In this document: one piece after another, positions 49,250 through 62,874 of the stretch
Position numbering within the stretch: the stretch's first letter is position 1
Layout of the letters: each line of letters starts with the position of its first letter
DNA from: Takakia lepidozioides
Lineage: Eukaryota > Plantae > Bryophyta
DNA: 64,000 nt
NCBI GenBank assembly: GCA_030704615.1
Contig: CM060731.1
Coordinates: forward strand, 85,498,001 to 85,562,000
Reading direction: 5' to 3'
Notes under the pieces: model-generated
Database searches by the model: none
Told to the model about the DNA's origin: nothing
Seen by the model: the letters and a program-made list of their open reading frames with translations, nothing else
Program-made: the position numbers and the translations under genes

Positions 49250-50649
49250 GTTTGTTGCACCTGCTTCAACATCTTCTCTCTTATCTGGTGTGGCAGTAGT
49301 AATAATAAAATTCTGCTCTCATTCCTGTTTTATTAGGTTGAAGCAAGTTTCCACCGGTATCACACTGGGTAAGTCATGCTCATGTCTGCTAGTTCAGAAT
49401 GGGAGTGGGGCTGTTGATGTGACATAAAGTCTGGTCGTCCTAATCCCAACCTAGAGGTCTGCCCATTAGGGTAGACTTTGGTGCCAAAACAGTAATGCTA
49501 GGGATTGGATTGGCTGAATGTAGCCAGTGTATGTTCTGCGGCTCAGTGACATGTAACAAATTTATCCTCATCTTTGTCCTCTTTGTGATGGTCATGCATT
49601 TGTGCATTGAGATGTTGTACATCGACCTCTTTTTCGTATTCTGCAGTCCAACCTGGTTGTCACTCTCTGGATGCTATTAGGGCAAGATTTCTGTACCGTA
49701 GGGAGTTAGAAGCTGTGGTTAGTGCAGGAAGGTGGGCTGCAAACTTAAGGGTCATGCACATGTACCAAGTTACCAGTGGAGTTGACCATCTAGCTCGCAC
49801 GTTTTGGGGGTGACCAGCAACCAAGCAGTCGAGTAAATCTTAATAGAAACTTCTCAACCACCTAAAACCCATGGCACAAACAAAACATTCTAGAAGAATG
49901 CAATTGATTTATAAAGGGAAAGCTGGCAAGAGTACACTAGCTTGTTTCCATCTATCATTGCCACTAATATTTTCAATCTTACCCACTTCCAGTTCCCTCT
50001 TCCACCTTTCCTGTTGAGCTTTCCTCCCCATTGACGAGCCCTGAGCGCGCAGTCAGGTGACGGCATATTAACTAGGGGGGAGGTTGGGCTCACTGAACCA
50101 CCTACCCGACTGCGGTTAGTGCAGGGGTCCGTGGTCATACATGATGGCTATGATCATTATCTAAGTCTTATCGGCAAAGAGAAGTTACGTACTCTTCTTC
50201 ACAGGGCGAGTTTGCGTTTCTAAGTCCTACGGTATTCTACAATCTACTTAGTAACTGTCTTCCAAGTCTTTTGTTTTATTGTCTAATTCCTACCGCCTAG
50301 GCCCTCGAGCCGCCTATAGCTGGGATATGTTTTAATTCATTCACAAGGCACCTGCCGAGCCTAGGAAGAAGAATGAAAATCTTCCTCTCCCAATGCCCCT
50401 CCTTCACCGAGTGCCTGAGTTCAAGTCACCTCTGATGGAAGGGCCAACGTTCCCTACCCCAGTGCCTAAAATACTTTGTTTTAGCATAAGAGCGGCCAAA
50501 ATACCTATCATAATCCAATAGGTTCACCAAGTTCAATAAGGTGACTCTTAGCCCCTTAAATCAATAAGTTCAATCAGTTTAATAAACGCCCCTCAGGCTA
50601 TAACTTGCACCACGTACATCTATCATATTTAAGCAATTTTGCACATTTG

Positions 50650-52526
50650 AAATGCTGGAATTTATTTATTTATTTTTTAAATCCAGAAAAATACCTCCCG
50701 TATGGGAAATCATGTGGGGAATCCAAAGATGCCATTGGCGCTTAGAAATGCCCTCGGGAACCCTGTGGGAACCCAGTGAGAACCGAGGAACGCCCGGGAA
50801 CCGTTCCCTGCTGCGAGGAACTGCTGCGGCCCTATTTGATGAATGAATCTCGCTGAGAATCCATCCCTTCCACGACATTCGTTAGTCCAGAACATGCATG
50901 CGTAAATAATAAAATAAACACTGGTGGGTCCAAGCCAGATTTCACCCCTTTACATTATTTTAAGGCGCTGGTGCGCTTTCCCTCCGTGGAAAAGTCATCC
51001 CCTACCTTGGGCTCTGACACAATGGCTCATTGTAGCCGAGTTTTTAGGACAGAGTACTTTCTCTCCTCCCTTGTCTCTCGAGGTCTCCGCCTCTAGCTCA
51101 CAGCTCACAGATCCGCTCGGCTCTCTCTTGGAGTCATACGAACGCTCCCCTCCAAGGCTACGTCCTCCCAAAATCCTAGATTTGATCTACCTCTGGCGCC
51201 TTAGATAATGGCTCCTAACCCTTAGCTGAATGGAAGAATGTATTGAGGAAAGAGCAATACGACGAATGCATCAAGAAAGCAGGAAAGACTTGGTATAACC
51301 TGACAGTCCGCAATGACAGAGATTTTGTACAAGGTAACATCATGTCTAAACCAAGTTTCATTCTTTGCATCCATAGACAAGATTCACCTCTGGTTCATGT
51401 TATGAACTATTTTGGTTCTTTTGGCAGCATGATATTGTTGAGGCCCAACGCATGGCGGGGGAAGCTTACAAACTTGTTGAGGGGCCAAAGAGTCAGGAGG
51501 GCCTTGAAGATACAATGAGACAGGTTGGATTGAAAACAAGGGAGCAACACAAGAGTCAGCTTGTGAAGTTGCTTCCTATTGCTGATCCGACCCTTGAAGA
51601 GGGGTTTCTCCAAGAACTTAAACTGCATTGGTCATGTGTAAAGGCATGATCAGAGGAAATGACCCAAGAGAAAATGGTGAACATTGCTACAGCCCGGGTG
51701 GATCCAGAAGAAAGGGTGGAATGGCTACATATATGGAATGGAGACCAAACACTTCACGACCGTAATTTTTTTTCCACCCGGGCCTATCAGTGGACCAACA
51801 CTTGATCCTTGGCTGAATAGAAGGACTTTTTGGTGGCAGGTACATATACAATCACTATCTTCTCAATGCAGTTGATTCATTTTATTGATGACACATTAAC
51901 ACAGTTATTTAACTGACTGTATTTTCTGGCAGTTTCGCAAGGTTGCCTTGGCATGCTGGAAAATAAAAGAAATTAAGAAAATCCAGAAAAATACCTTCCC
52001 TATGGGAAATCATGTGGGGAATCCCAAAGATGCCATTGGCGCTTAGAAATGCCCTCGGGAACCCCGTGAGAACCCAGTGAGAACCGAGGAACGCCCGGGA
52101 ACCGTTCCCTGCTGCGGGGAACTGCCGCGGCCCTATCGGATGAATGAATCTCGCTGAGAATCCATCCCTGCCACTACATTCGTTAGTCCAGAACATGCAT
52201 GCGTAAATAATAAAATAAACACTGGTGGGTCCAAGCCAGATCTCACCCATTTACATTATTTTAAGGCGCTGGTGCGTTTTCCCTCCGTGGAAAAAGTCAT
52301 CCCCTACCTTGGGCTCTGACACAATGGCCCACTATAGCCGAGTTTTTAGGACAGAGTACTTTCTCTCCTCCCTCGTCTCTCGAGGTCTCTGCCTCTAGCT
52401 CACAGCTCATAGATCCGCTTGGCTCTCTCTTGGAGTCATAAGAACGCTCCCCTCCAAGGCTACGTCCTCCCAAAATCCTAGATTTGATCTACCTCTGGCG
52501 CCTTAGATAATGGCTCATAACCCTTA
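50650..52526. repeat. Pair of direct repeats of about 575 bp (50650-51225 and 51953-52526)
   Basis: Near-identical text from AATCCAGAAAAATACC to GCGCCTTAGATAATGGCTC.TAACCCTTAG. Confidence 0.95.
51228..51760 (+). pseudogene. Fragment of a diverged paralog of the ParB-MTase gene
   Basis: CIKKAGKTWYNLT vs AVAKTDRTWYRLT; HKSQLVKLLPIADPTLEEGFLQEL vs YKSKLVKLVAIGDPTLGKDFIPEI; EKMVNIATARVDPEERVEWLHIWN vs EKLHHLSTACVEAKEKTRWLSIWN. Intron 51334-51427. Confidence 0.85.
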
Positions 52527-54140
52527 GAGGGGTCTAAATTGAATCTAACAGCTAAAGGTAAGAATACCCCTCTTTAAGGGAATTTGCAGACGCATTGCCC
52601 GCTGGGTAAAACGCCCCCGCCACGTGGCGGGGCGCAGATCCGTGTGTAGCGGTCCAAACCGTGGACCGCTGCGGTTAAAGCCGGCATCCGCCGGTCCGTC
52701 TCAGCTTTTGGTTATCCCGTGGGTAAAGACACGCACCCTGCTCGCACGCTTCAGGGCCTCACGCCTGAGCCACGCAGCTGATGTACTTGATCTCAGTATG
52801 ACTTAAGGTCAGTGCTGGGGCCCCACTTCCCGTACGTCGTGGCTGGGCCACGGCTGCTTCCATGCTTGAAGTAATCGAATGTCTATCTTCTAGGCGCAGC
52901 ACCCGGGCTCCTCCCGGGCTGCTCGCAACTTTGGGGCAGCTGTTGTCAAGCACGCCCAAACCCCAAGACAAAAAAAATAACAACCCACCCTCCCCTAGGC
53001 CTCCATGGCTTGCTTGTGGGGGGGGGGGGATTAATACCTAGTGACCTTATAGTGGCCTTATATCATAGATCCAGCCTGCTGGTCTTCCTTTTCCAGAGCT
53101 GGCTATATTACAAGTTAGTAACCAAAAACACAAAGATTTCTTCTTTAAACAAATCAAATACAAGCCTCTATTGGTACTCTTTCCAACTATTGGTTCTTCC
53201 CCTTGTCAATCATAGACATGAAATAGTGGGATCCCAACAATGCATGCTCCTCTTTTGAGGGCCCAAATCAGATTTTCAACTTCAAGCTTTGCTTGGAAAA
53301 TAAATGAATCACATACATAAATGGTGAAATGGTAAGATGGGATCAACCTTTCAATGCGAGAGTGCTTGGGATGCTCTATCGACTCAAGTAATGGTACTTT
53401 ATGCTGCCTTCACTTGGGCTCTCGTCCATAAGTCCATACCAGCCCCTCCTACTCGTCCACAAGTCACTTTCCTCCACATGAAATTGCCATCTTCCTTCAC
53501 AAATGAAAATGGCTCAAAGGCCCACAAGCTAGGCCTCTTGCCTTAGCTCTCAAGAATTTTACCTAACTAGGGAGCTTCAAGCTCCACTCCCTAGGATCTA
53601 GCCCTTTCTCAAGCCAAAACTAGCAAGCACTACAACAAGAGGAAACTAAGCAAATGAGCTAGATGAAGAGCAAGATGAAGAACTAGATGAAAAACAAGAG
53701 CCTTGCTCCTCTTTTATACTGTTTTTGAGCTTAATAAACTAATGAAAATATTCATTAAACTATTGTTTCCTTGGAGGATCTATAATATAATATTCAACAC
53801 ATGGATGAAAAGTCTTAGAGGCAAATGAAAGCTGGTTTTTCATCCATCCAATTGGATGACCAGTGGGCGCGAATTTTCATTTCATCCATCCAGCTCCTCA
53901 AGGCGAATTCCAGGATTTTTCATCCATCCAAGAAGTAGAAATTCAAATAATCGGCTTCGTGCGTGTCGTCGACTCAATAATTTGGCGCCGCTGCTAATCA
54001 GCTCCATAAATCACCAAACTTGGTGAAAAACTACAATTATATACCCTGTATCAGTCTATAAATTCACAGGTCCATCGGTGGTAAAAAGTTGCATCTTTTA
54101 TCATTTGTCGTACTTTCGCTACACAAAAATTTTGTGATAT
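51953..54140. repeat. Interspersed repeat (LTR-like) with a diverged second copy at about 62875-63950
   Basis: Shared CCCCGCCACGTGGCGGGG (52615 and 63159), CAGAGTA.TTT..CTCCTC and GGGATGCTCTA motifs in the same order. The right boundary is approximate. Confidence 0.55.
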
Positions 54141-54730
54141 TTTTGGAAATCAAATCCCTGGTGATGGCTCTGGGGTCTTTGACCCTGCCATTGAGTCATA
54201 GGTTGTCCGGAGTCCCCTCCAGTTTTCCCACACCGTTAACAAGTCCACGCTTCGCTGTTTGAAGTCGTCCTGACCTGTTGTCATTTCGATGCAGCCATTC
54301 GCTTCGTTGCGATATTTCATCGCAGTACATGTCGCTTCCAGCAATTGCCAAGCTCCTCGCCGTGTGTTCCTACTGGACTTTGAAGGGCGGGAGAAAAGAG
54401 AGATCGCAATCTGGGAATGGAACAGTCGTCATGTATTGTTCGAATATGATTACCTTGCCGTTTCTGGTACCGAATTGGCAGCCTAATCTGCTGTTGATGC
54501 AGCTTCCTACCGTCATCTTGACGTCAGAGTTCCTCTCCATGGTCGTCGCAGACACTGTCTAATTTCCTACGTGTTGTACCAACGATTTCCAGACAACTAA
54601 CAAACTAATCTGTTTTGGCAGTACAATGCCGAAACCGCTTGTCTTATGATCAAAAACGATCTGAAAAGAAAAGTGTACCAATATATGCATCTACACCCAC
54701 ACTCCCCTATTTTTTTCTTCAGAGTCTCTT

Positions 54731-57700
54731 TGTCGCGGCCTTTTGCCTTGAGGGCAGGGGGTCGAGACACGAGAGGGGCTGCCCCTGTGGTGGGGGCAGT
54801 GGCAACAATAGATGCGGGGGCTAAAGCACCCTTGAGTGCCCAAGGCACTTGAGGAGGCGGAGGCGCTCACTAGGTGGAGCCCTGCACACTGGGTTGCGGT
54901 GGGGTGGCTCCACAAGGGGGTGGCGGTAGCTTAATGGGACTTAGTGGGGGTGACATATGACTCACCATGGGGCGGAGACCTTGTGGTGGGAGTCATGGGG
55001 AGTCTTGGGACTCATCACGGTCCAATGGGGCCGTGGTGGGTGGGCCAAGACTCACCGCGACTCATCACCGGGAATCGAGGGTCTTTGTGGTGGTTCGCCA
55101 TAAAATGGCATGGTTGTTTGTGAAACCCCCGCGGACAGTCACAAAAGTATATATAAGGAGTATTAACCCCGAGAATAGTGCAAGCCCGTTGGTAACAAAA
55201 AACTAGTGAGTAAGCGAGCGAGCCGGAAAGCGACCAAGGAGTGGGGAGCTATTCCGGACTGCCATCTACCAAAGGGAATTTCCACTAGGCCCAAATTGGT
55301 GGAGGGTCTGTTGGAAGAGTAAAGGGGGACCGTTATATCCCGGTGAGCAGCCGAAGCTCCGAGTTGGCCCAGCGGCCATGTTGGGAGTTAGGGGCACGCA
55401 TCAAAGCGAGTAACTATGACTTGAAGGGGAGCTTACCAAAGTTAGGTGCGCGACACTTGGTATCAGAGCTTAGAGTTCAGTACGCGATCGTCCTTGGGAT
55501 CGGCAATGTCAAGTTATTTTACCACTAGTGTGAAACTAGCTAGGAAATAGCTAGCTTTTACATATTGACATTTGAGATTGGCCCAAGTGTCAATCCAGGG
55601 GTCAAGGCAGATTTAGGCCCTGGAGTGGTTATTCTTCACGGCAAGCGCGGGAGGCTCATCTTTATCGAGTTGAGCCTCACCGCGCCTAGCTATGGCGCCG
55701 TAGTGTGGATTCCCATGGCGTGGGGTGCACTTGGCTTGACTTGTATTTGAGTGATGAGGTTATATATGCATGAGTTTATGCTTCAGCTTTGTGAGCTCGC
55801 ATGAGCTCGTGCTTGTATTCTTCTTCTTTATCATTGTTTGGACTAGTGACTGCCATAGTGGGCAGCATAGTGGCAGCCTAGTGACTGACTAGTTGTAGCC
55901 TAGTGGTTGGACTAGTGGTGGACTAGTGATATACTAGTGTGTGGCGTGTACATGTGTTGTGTGGTTTTGTACAACGATGTAGTTGTGTAGCGATACGTAT
56001 GCGCACGACAGTAAGCCAAAGCGAAAGCGGAAACAAGGTATGGTTCATATGAGTTCTTGGTGATGCCTTTTTAGGCTCACCAATGCACCCGCAACCTTTA
56101 GCGCGCTAATGAACAGCCTTTTCCAGGAGTGGTTGGATGACTTTGTGATCGTGTACATCGACGACATCTTGGTGTACTCGAAAACAAAAGAAGAACACTT
56201 GGAGCACCTCAAAAGGGTGTTCCAGAAATTGCGGGAAGGGAAGCTATATGCCAAAGTTTCAAAGTGCAAATTCGGGGTCACAAAAGTGGAGTTCCTGGGG
56301 CATGTGATTACACAGGATGGGATCAAAATGGATGATAGAAACGTGAGAGCGATCTTGGACTGGGAGCCTCCGACTTCGGTCTCGGGAGTGCGATCATTCC
56401 TAGGACTCGCGTCCTATTACTGGAAGTATGTGAGAAATTTCGCCAAGATCGCGGGGCCGCTGTTAGACCTTCTGTGTAAATCCAAAGCTGGGTATAGAAC
56501 ACCTTTTGTGGCCAAGTTTTTGCCAAGTTGAAGCAGCGGATGACGGAAGCTCCAGTCCTCAAAATCCCGGAGTTCGACCGTCCATTTGAGATTCATACGG
56601 ATGCATCGGACTTCGCAATAGGGGGTGTGCTCACGTAGGATGGACGTCCAGTGGCTTACGAAAGTAAGAAACTGAATGAAGTGGAGCGACGGTGGCCAAC
56701 ACACGAGAAAGAGATGAAGGCGGTGGTGCATTGCCTCATGCTTTGGCACCACTATATTGGTTCCAACCCGGTGAAGGTGTTCACGGACAATGTCACGGTG
56801 AAGTATTTTGCCACGCAGCCTAAGTTGTCCCCAAAACAACTTAGGTGGCAAGACACTTTGACAGTGTTCGACGTGGATATCCAGTATAAACCGAGACGGG
56901 ACAATGTGGTGGCCAATGCTTTAAGTAGAAAGCAATAGCTCATGTTGGTGTACAGGGGCGAGACGGCGCTCCAAAGGAAGATCCGGAATGCTTACCGGAA
57001 GGATGAGATGGCGAAGTCCGTGATGCGGGACTTGAGGATGGGGGTTAAATCGCAGTTCCACTTGCAAAATGGACTGCTCCGGTACAAGCAAAAGCGTCTC
57101 TACGTGCCGAAGGGAGGGATCAGAAATAGTCTCTTGAGAGAATGTCATGATGGCCCGCTTGCGGGCCACGACCGCGGCACTCCTGAAGAAAGAGTATTTC
57201 TGGCCCAAACTGAGGGAGGAGGCCGAGGAGTATGTCAAGACATGCACCACATGCCAACAAAACCCGAGCGAGTACAAAAAGCAAGCGGGGCTGTTACAAC
57301 CCTTACCGATTCCAGAGGGGTCTTAGAAAAGTGTCTCGATGGATTTCATGACTGCTATGCCGCTGTGAAAAAGATTTGATGCAATCATGGTGGTGGTGGA
57401 TAGGTTCAGTAAAATGGGCCATTTCATCCCCACCAAGGAGACGGCAACGGCGCAGGAGACGGGGCGACTTTACTTCGCCCATGTCTTCAAGCATCATGGA
57501 CTCCCGAAGGATCTTGTCTCGGACCGCGATCCAAAGTTTATAAGTAAATTTTGGAGGGCACTTTGGAAGAAAATGGGGACGAGGCTCAAAATGAGCACCG
57601 CCTTCCGACCTACAACAGACGGCCAAACAGAAAAGGTGAATTCCGTGGTGAAGCAGATCTTGCGGAATTACGTGTCGGCAGACCAATCGGACTGGGTGGA

Positions 57701-60024
57701 ACACTTGGATGCGGCAGAGTTATGTTATAATAACACAAAACACTCCGCAACGGGAGTTTCCCCTTTCGTATTGGTCTATGGAAAAGCACCCGACAAGTTG
57801 GGCCGCCCATGACGTTGAGGAACCGGCAGCAGCGGCGGTACTGGAAGAACGCGAGCGTTTGTTGAAGCTCGCAAAATACAACATTGCCAAAGCTAGGAAA
57901 CGGTATGAACGGCAGGCGAATTGGAAGCGGAAGGAAGTTAAGTTTGAGGCAGACACGGAGGTCTGGTTGAACATCAAGAATTTCCGACTACCTCCGGAAG
58001 TGAGTCCGAAGTTCGTACCTCCGTATGCGGGACCATTTCGCATCCGGAAGGTTATGAATGAGGATGTGTATGAATTAGAGCTGCCAGCAAACAGCAAGGT
58101 GTATCCGGTATTCCACGTCTTCCTTTTGAAGCCTTACTTCAAAGATGAAGCGCGTCCGAATCGGCATCAAATGTTGCGTCCGCCACATGTGCTGTTGGAT
58201 CATGAAAATGAACCTGAGTACGAGGTGGAGGCAGTGTTTAAGTCGAGGAGGTTTAAGAATCGAGAAACGGAGTATCTCGTGAAATGGAAGGGCTATCATC
58301 ATGTGGAGGCATCTTGGGTGCGTGCCTCAAAAATGGGAAACGCATCCGAGGCGGTTGCAGCTTTCGAAGGGCGACCTCAAAAGCGGAAGAAACGTTGATA
58401 TGGACATCAACCTTGGATCGTGGGGGAGGAAATGCATGCTTAGCCCGGCTTAGCTAGCTCAGGAATCCGATTGCAAAAACTTGTATTGTACAAATTTTGT
58501 TATAAATGAAATGGTTTCCAAATGTTGTGCGTCATATTTTGTTTGGAATGGTGATGCATGGTATGGTTGGCTAGTGTATAGAAAGCATGTTGGCTTACAA
58601 AAGTAGGAGAGATAAATTGGATTAATCGTGTGTTTGCGTAGTGCCGAAATCGGGTAACTCCCATCCAAGGGGCAAGGAAATTTGCGCCTTCCTTGGGAAT
58701 TCACATGCTAGTGCGCACCTGGCGCGTGCGCGTACTATAACTGCGCTACCGAGGGGGTTGCCTTGTAGTGCGGCTAACGCGGAAGCTACGTGATTCCGTT
58801 CACGTACTATAATCGTGTAGCCTCGGGACGAAGTCGTAGTGCGGCTTCGGCGTGTTCCCGTACCTCAGGCCAGCATTCCAAGGCGGACCCAATTGTAGTG
58901 ATTGGGGCGCATGGTTAGTTCAAGGTTATCTTCCTAGTCAAAAAAGGGTTCAAGGTTAACCCTTGCTCAAGGTGATGCCAAAAGCGGCATCATGAGCGGT
59001 CGCAAAGCAATGTTGTTGCAGTAAGGCAATTCGATCCTCATGGAGGATCGTTCCTTGGCCTTGGAGTAGGCCAAGAAAAGTGCACTGGGAGGAGCTTGAG
59101 AGGCTCCACCCTTGGCCGGGACTTGGGGGAAGTCGGCCGAACTAGCTAGTGGAGAGTAGAGTCAAGTGTGGGGTTTGGTTCTTTGCCATGGGACGCCATG
59201 GTGCGGAAACAAACTCCTTGATGTGGGACGCCACAACTTGGATGTTCGTTTCTACAAAATGGACAAGTTGATGAGGACATCGACTCCCTGTTGGTAGGGG
59301 TGTATGTCGCGGCCCTTTGCCTTGAGGGCAGGGGGTCGGGACACGAAAAGGGCTGCCCCTGTGGTGGGGGCAGTGGCAACAATAGATGCGGGGGCTGAAG
59401 CACCCTTGAGTGCCCAAGGCACTCGAGGAGGCGGAGGCGCTCACTAGGTGGAGCCCCGCACACTGGGTTGCGGTGGGGGTGGCTCCACAAGGGGGTGGCG
59501 GTAGCTTAGTGGGACTTAGTGGGGGTGGCATAGGACTCATCATGGGGCGGAGACCTTGTGGTGGGAGTCGTGGGGAGTCTTGGGACTCATCACGGTCCAA
59601 TGGGGCCGTGATGGGTGGCCAAGACTCACCGCGACTCATCACCGGGAATCGAGGGTATTTGTGGTGGTTCGCCATAAAATGGCATGGTTGTTTGTGAAAC
59701 CCCCGCGGACAGTCACAGAAGTATATAAAGGGAGTAGTAACCCCGAGAACGGTGCAAGCCCATTGGGGACCAAAAACTAGTGAGTAAGCGAGCGAGCCGG
59801 AAAGCGAGCGAGGAGTGGGGAGCTATTCCGGACTGCCATCTACCAAAGGGAATTTCCACTAGGCTTGGTGGAGGGTCTGTTGGAAGAGTAAAGGGGGACC
59901 GTTATGTCTCGGTGAGCAGCCGAAGCTCCGAGTTGGCCTGGCGGCCAGGTTGGGAGTTAGGCGCGCGCATCAAAGCGAGTAACTATGACTTGAAGGGGAG
60001 CTTACCGAAGTTAGGTGCGCGACA
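54731..60024 (+). mobile_element. Chromoviral Ty3/gypsy element with an internal deletion of gag, protease and the RT N-terminus
   Basis: LTRs 54731-55455 and 59305-60024 (TGTCGCG...CGCGACA); TSD CTCTT/TTCTT; PBS TGGTATCAGAGC 55458-55469 (tRNA-iMet); PPT at about 59293. RT YIDDILVYS, RNase H TDASDFAIG, integrase zinc finger and DDE, GPF motif, chromodomain EYEVEAV...YLVKWKGY. Confidence 0.97.
55507..56010. mobile_element. Solo LTR of another family nested in the chromovirus
   Basis: TGTCAAG...CACGACA termini; the first 50 bp are repeated at 63951-64000. Confidence 0.75.
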
Positions 60025-61150
60025 TTCTTCTTTCTGTAAGTTCTGAGTTGCAGAACAATGAGTGCCCTGGACGATTGCCAGTGGAGTTCTAGATGAAATC
60101 TCAACAAACTTCACAGATCTCACTTGATATCATACTGATGACCGAGCATACTTAAGACATGAAAGTTGTCTATCATATATGAGATGAATTCAATTCACTT
60201 TAGTTCACCAATTTACTAGCTTTGTTCCCCTTTTCCCAGAGGACTACTGCATGAACTTTGGAGCTGGCAGTTTGAAGAAGCCAAACTTGTAGCAATTGGT
60301 GACTGGCAACGGGTGCAACTTCTGCTCGTCTAAATTGATATGTAGAAACAAGTCGTTATAAAGAGAGACCAAATCGGAGATGCATCTGACCCAAAACCTT
60401 GCAACTAAGAAATTCAAGGAACATAAATCCTGAAATACTTTAAGATTAGTTAGTCAAAGTTGGATTGTTTCTTGGCAGTTGGGAGAAAAACCTTCTGGAT
60501 CCAACATAGAGAGTTAATTTAGCAAGGAACTACTCCATACCAGTAGCTGGGGCCCCCAGGGCTCTTCAGTAGCAAAGAACGGTTGATCATTCTGAGGGGC
60601 CTTCATTCCGACTATTTTCCTGGGTGGTTCCTAGACAATTTTCCGGACACATCCAAAAACAGGCTGAAAATATGCATGAAGCCAAGTCCTGCTAAACTTA
60701 CCAGATTCTTTCTTGTCTTGGCTACTAGATTCTTGTTGCCTTGGGGTGCTTGTCATGAGAGGAATTCCAGCCTGCTAGGACCTAGCCATGTCGGAGAAAT
60801 GTCCATCTTTACTTCTCTGAGTTTGAAGCTGCTTGATCTCCTCGGGTTCCACAGTTATACTCACCACAATTTCATTCTGCAATGCAAACAAACATCTGAG
60901 AAGAAACACAACTAACTTCTAAAACTCTGGAAGCATCGACATAAATCATTTGGACTTCTTTGGAGGTAGTCACCATAGTTGAAGATGTTTAAAGACACCT
61001 TATTCCAACACCAAAAAAAAACCGGCAGAGGTGGACAGGGGTCAGAGGTCGCACTTGGGCCTCGACATAGGAGACGCACTTGGATATATAGGAGATTGCA
61101 CTTGGCTTACATAACACTGGACACTTGGGCCAACGGCACAGGCTACCCTA

Positions 61151-62874
61151 TCAATCTATGAAGCAAGACGTTTGTTTTGTTTTGTTTTGTTTTGTCACGT
61201 TGAGATGTCCCGAACCGCAAGGCCCCAGCCCTGGTGCTTGGTCCCGTTGGAAAGCCCTCGAGGAGGAGGGGTGCACGGGCTTGGTCTCAGGATTTTTGGA
61301 CCAGCGGTGTGGGAGATGTCGAATTCCAAGTTATATATGAAGCGACCACCATATTGGTGGTCGCTTAGTTTTTAAAAATAAAACAAAGAAGCGACCGCCG
61401 ATTTGGGGTCGCTTAATTTCTTAAAATAAAAAAGTAACGACTGCCAATTTGGTGGTTGCTTCATTTTCAAAAAAAAAAAACAGCGACCGCCAATTAGGCG
61501 GTTGCTTCATTTCAAAATCGACAGTCAATTTTCCGGTGGCTTAATTGTTTTAAGAGAAAAAAGCAGTGACCGCCAATTTGGTGGTTGCTTTATTTTATTT
61601 TTTCTTTAAATTTCAAGCGATCGCCAGTTTTAAAATTAAAAAAATCAGCGACCGCCAGTTTGGCGGTCACTTAATTCTTTTAATTCAGAAAAACCAGCGA
61701 CCGCCAATTTGGCAGTCGTTTTTTTATTTAAAAAATTAAAGAAAACCAGCAACCGACAGTTTGGCGGTCTTTAAAAAAAAATCCCCCTTAAAAAATACGA
61801 TTAATAAATAAATAAAAGTTGCGATCGCCAATTTTGCGGTCGCTTATAGTTTTTATTTTTAAAAATCTTGGAATGGTTTTCTTAATATGAAGCGACCTCC
61901 ATATTGGCGGTCGCTTAATTTCTTAAAATAAGAAAAAAATGAGCGACAGCCAATTTGCGGTCGCGTCTGTTCTTTTAAAATAAAAACAATCAACAACTGC
62001 CAATCTGGCGGTTGCTTCATTTTTAGAGAGAGAAGACTCAGGCCGAAGCCGGCGTAACTAAGAGCCACTTTGCCTTGCGGCTACTGCACCCTGTCGGGGG
62101 TGGCCCTATATAAAAGACAGGTGACCGGTTGGTCACCTAGTAACCAGGGTATGTATGTTGTGGTGCTAGAAAGGAGAATGAGGGGTACCATCAAGGGGGG
62201 GTACCCCCTGGGGGGGTGCCTTAGGGTTCCTAGGGTAACGATGTTTGGATTGGACTCGAGTTTTTGTTTATTGGTGATAATAGTTGTGAGAGAACGGAGG
62301 GCTGTGAAGTGGATAGCTTGAAAACATTTGTGAATTGGGGAGATAAGGATGTGAAAGTTGTTGTGCAGGTCATTAATGCTGGCGTTGTGTATGCCGTACC
62401 TGCCGTGATGACGGTTAGAGGACCGGTGGGCCATCCTCGCCGGCGGATAGCAAGGATGAGTGGGGCGTATTTTTACCGTTTTTCCATGATAGAGTCTTGT
62501 GGATATCGGTCGTGACAGTATGTGAACTCGATGAAGTGGATAGTGAGTGATGGGGATGGTGTGGTAGGAGGTAGGGTAGCCATGCGTAGAACCTGCACTA
62601 GTAAAATATCTGGGCAGAGTCTAGCTGGACAGGTGCATGTTCGAGAGGTATAAGTGCATGGAAGCAGCCATGGTGGGACAGTGTGATCGGGTGGGCGACC
62701 TTGGTATGTGCCTGCATTTAGGAGTGTGTATCATCTAGTTTCGGCGCGGGTGAGGAGTAGTGCTTCATTTAAAAAAAATAAAAAATAGATGCGACTGCCC
62801 ATTTGGCGGTCGCTTCATTTCTTTACAAAAGAAAAACAAACGGCGGCCGCTTCGTGGATAGGCGCTTCTACTTG
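61151..62874 (+). mobile_element. Non-autonomous Helitron-like element carrying the GCGACCGCC palindrome array (61341-62020 and about 62790)
   Basis: A^TC start followed by a (GTTTT)n microsatellite; 3' GC-rich hairpin-like segment then CTTG^T (variant of CTRR^T); internal palindromes like those at 25 kb. Confidence 0.45.
62023..62760 (-). mobile_element. 5'-truncated copy of the RLE non-LTR retrotransposon
   Basis: RLE domain and 3' UTR match 30200-30914. 10-bp TSD TGCTTCATTT at 62013-62022 and 62761-62770. Confidence 0.9.

Noticed and set aside
50650-52526. TRIM or mini-LTR element
   Set aside because: No TG...CA ends, PBS or PPT seen, and the right repeat continues into a longer repeat family.
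54597-55750. ORFs overlapping the LTRs (and 59142-60046)
   Set aside because: Chance ORFs in GC-rich LTR sequence; frames differ between the two LTR copies.
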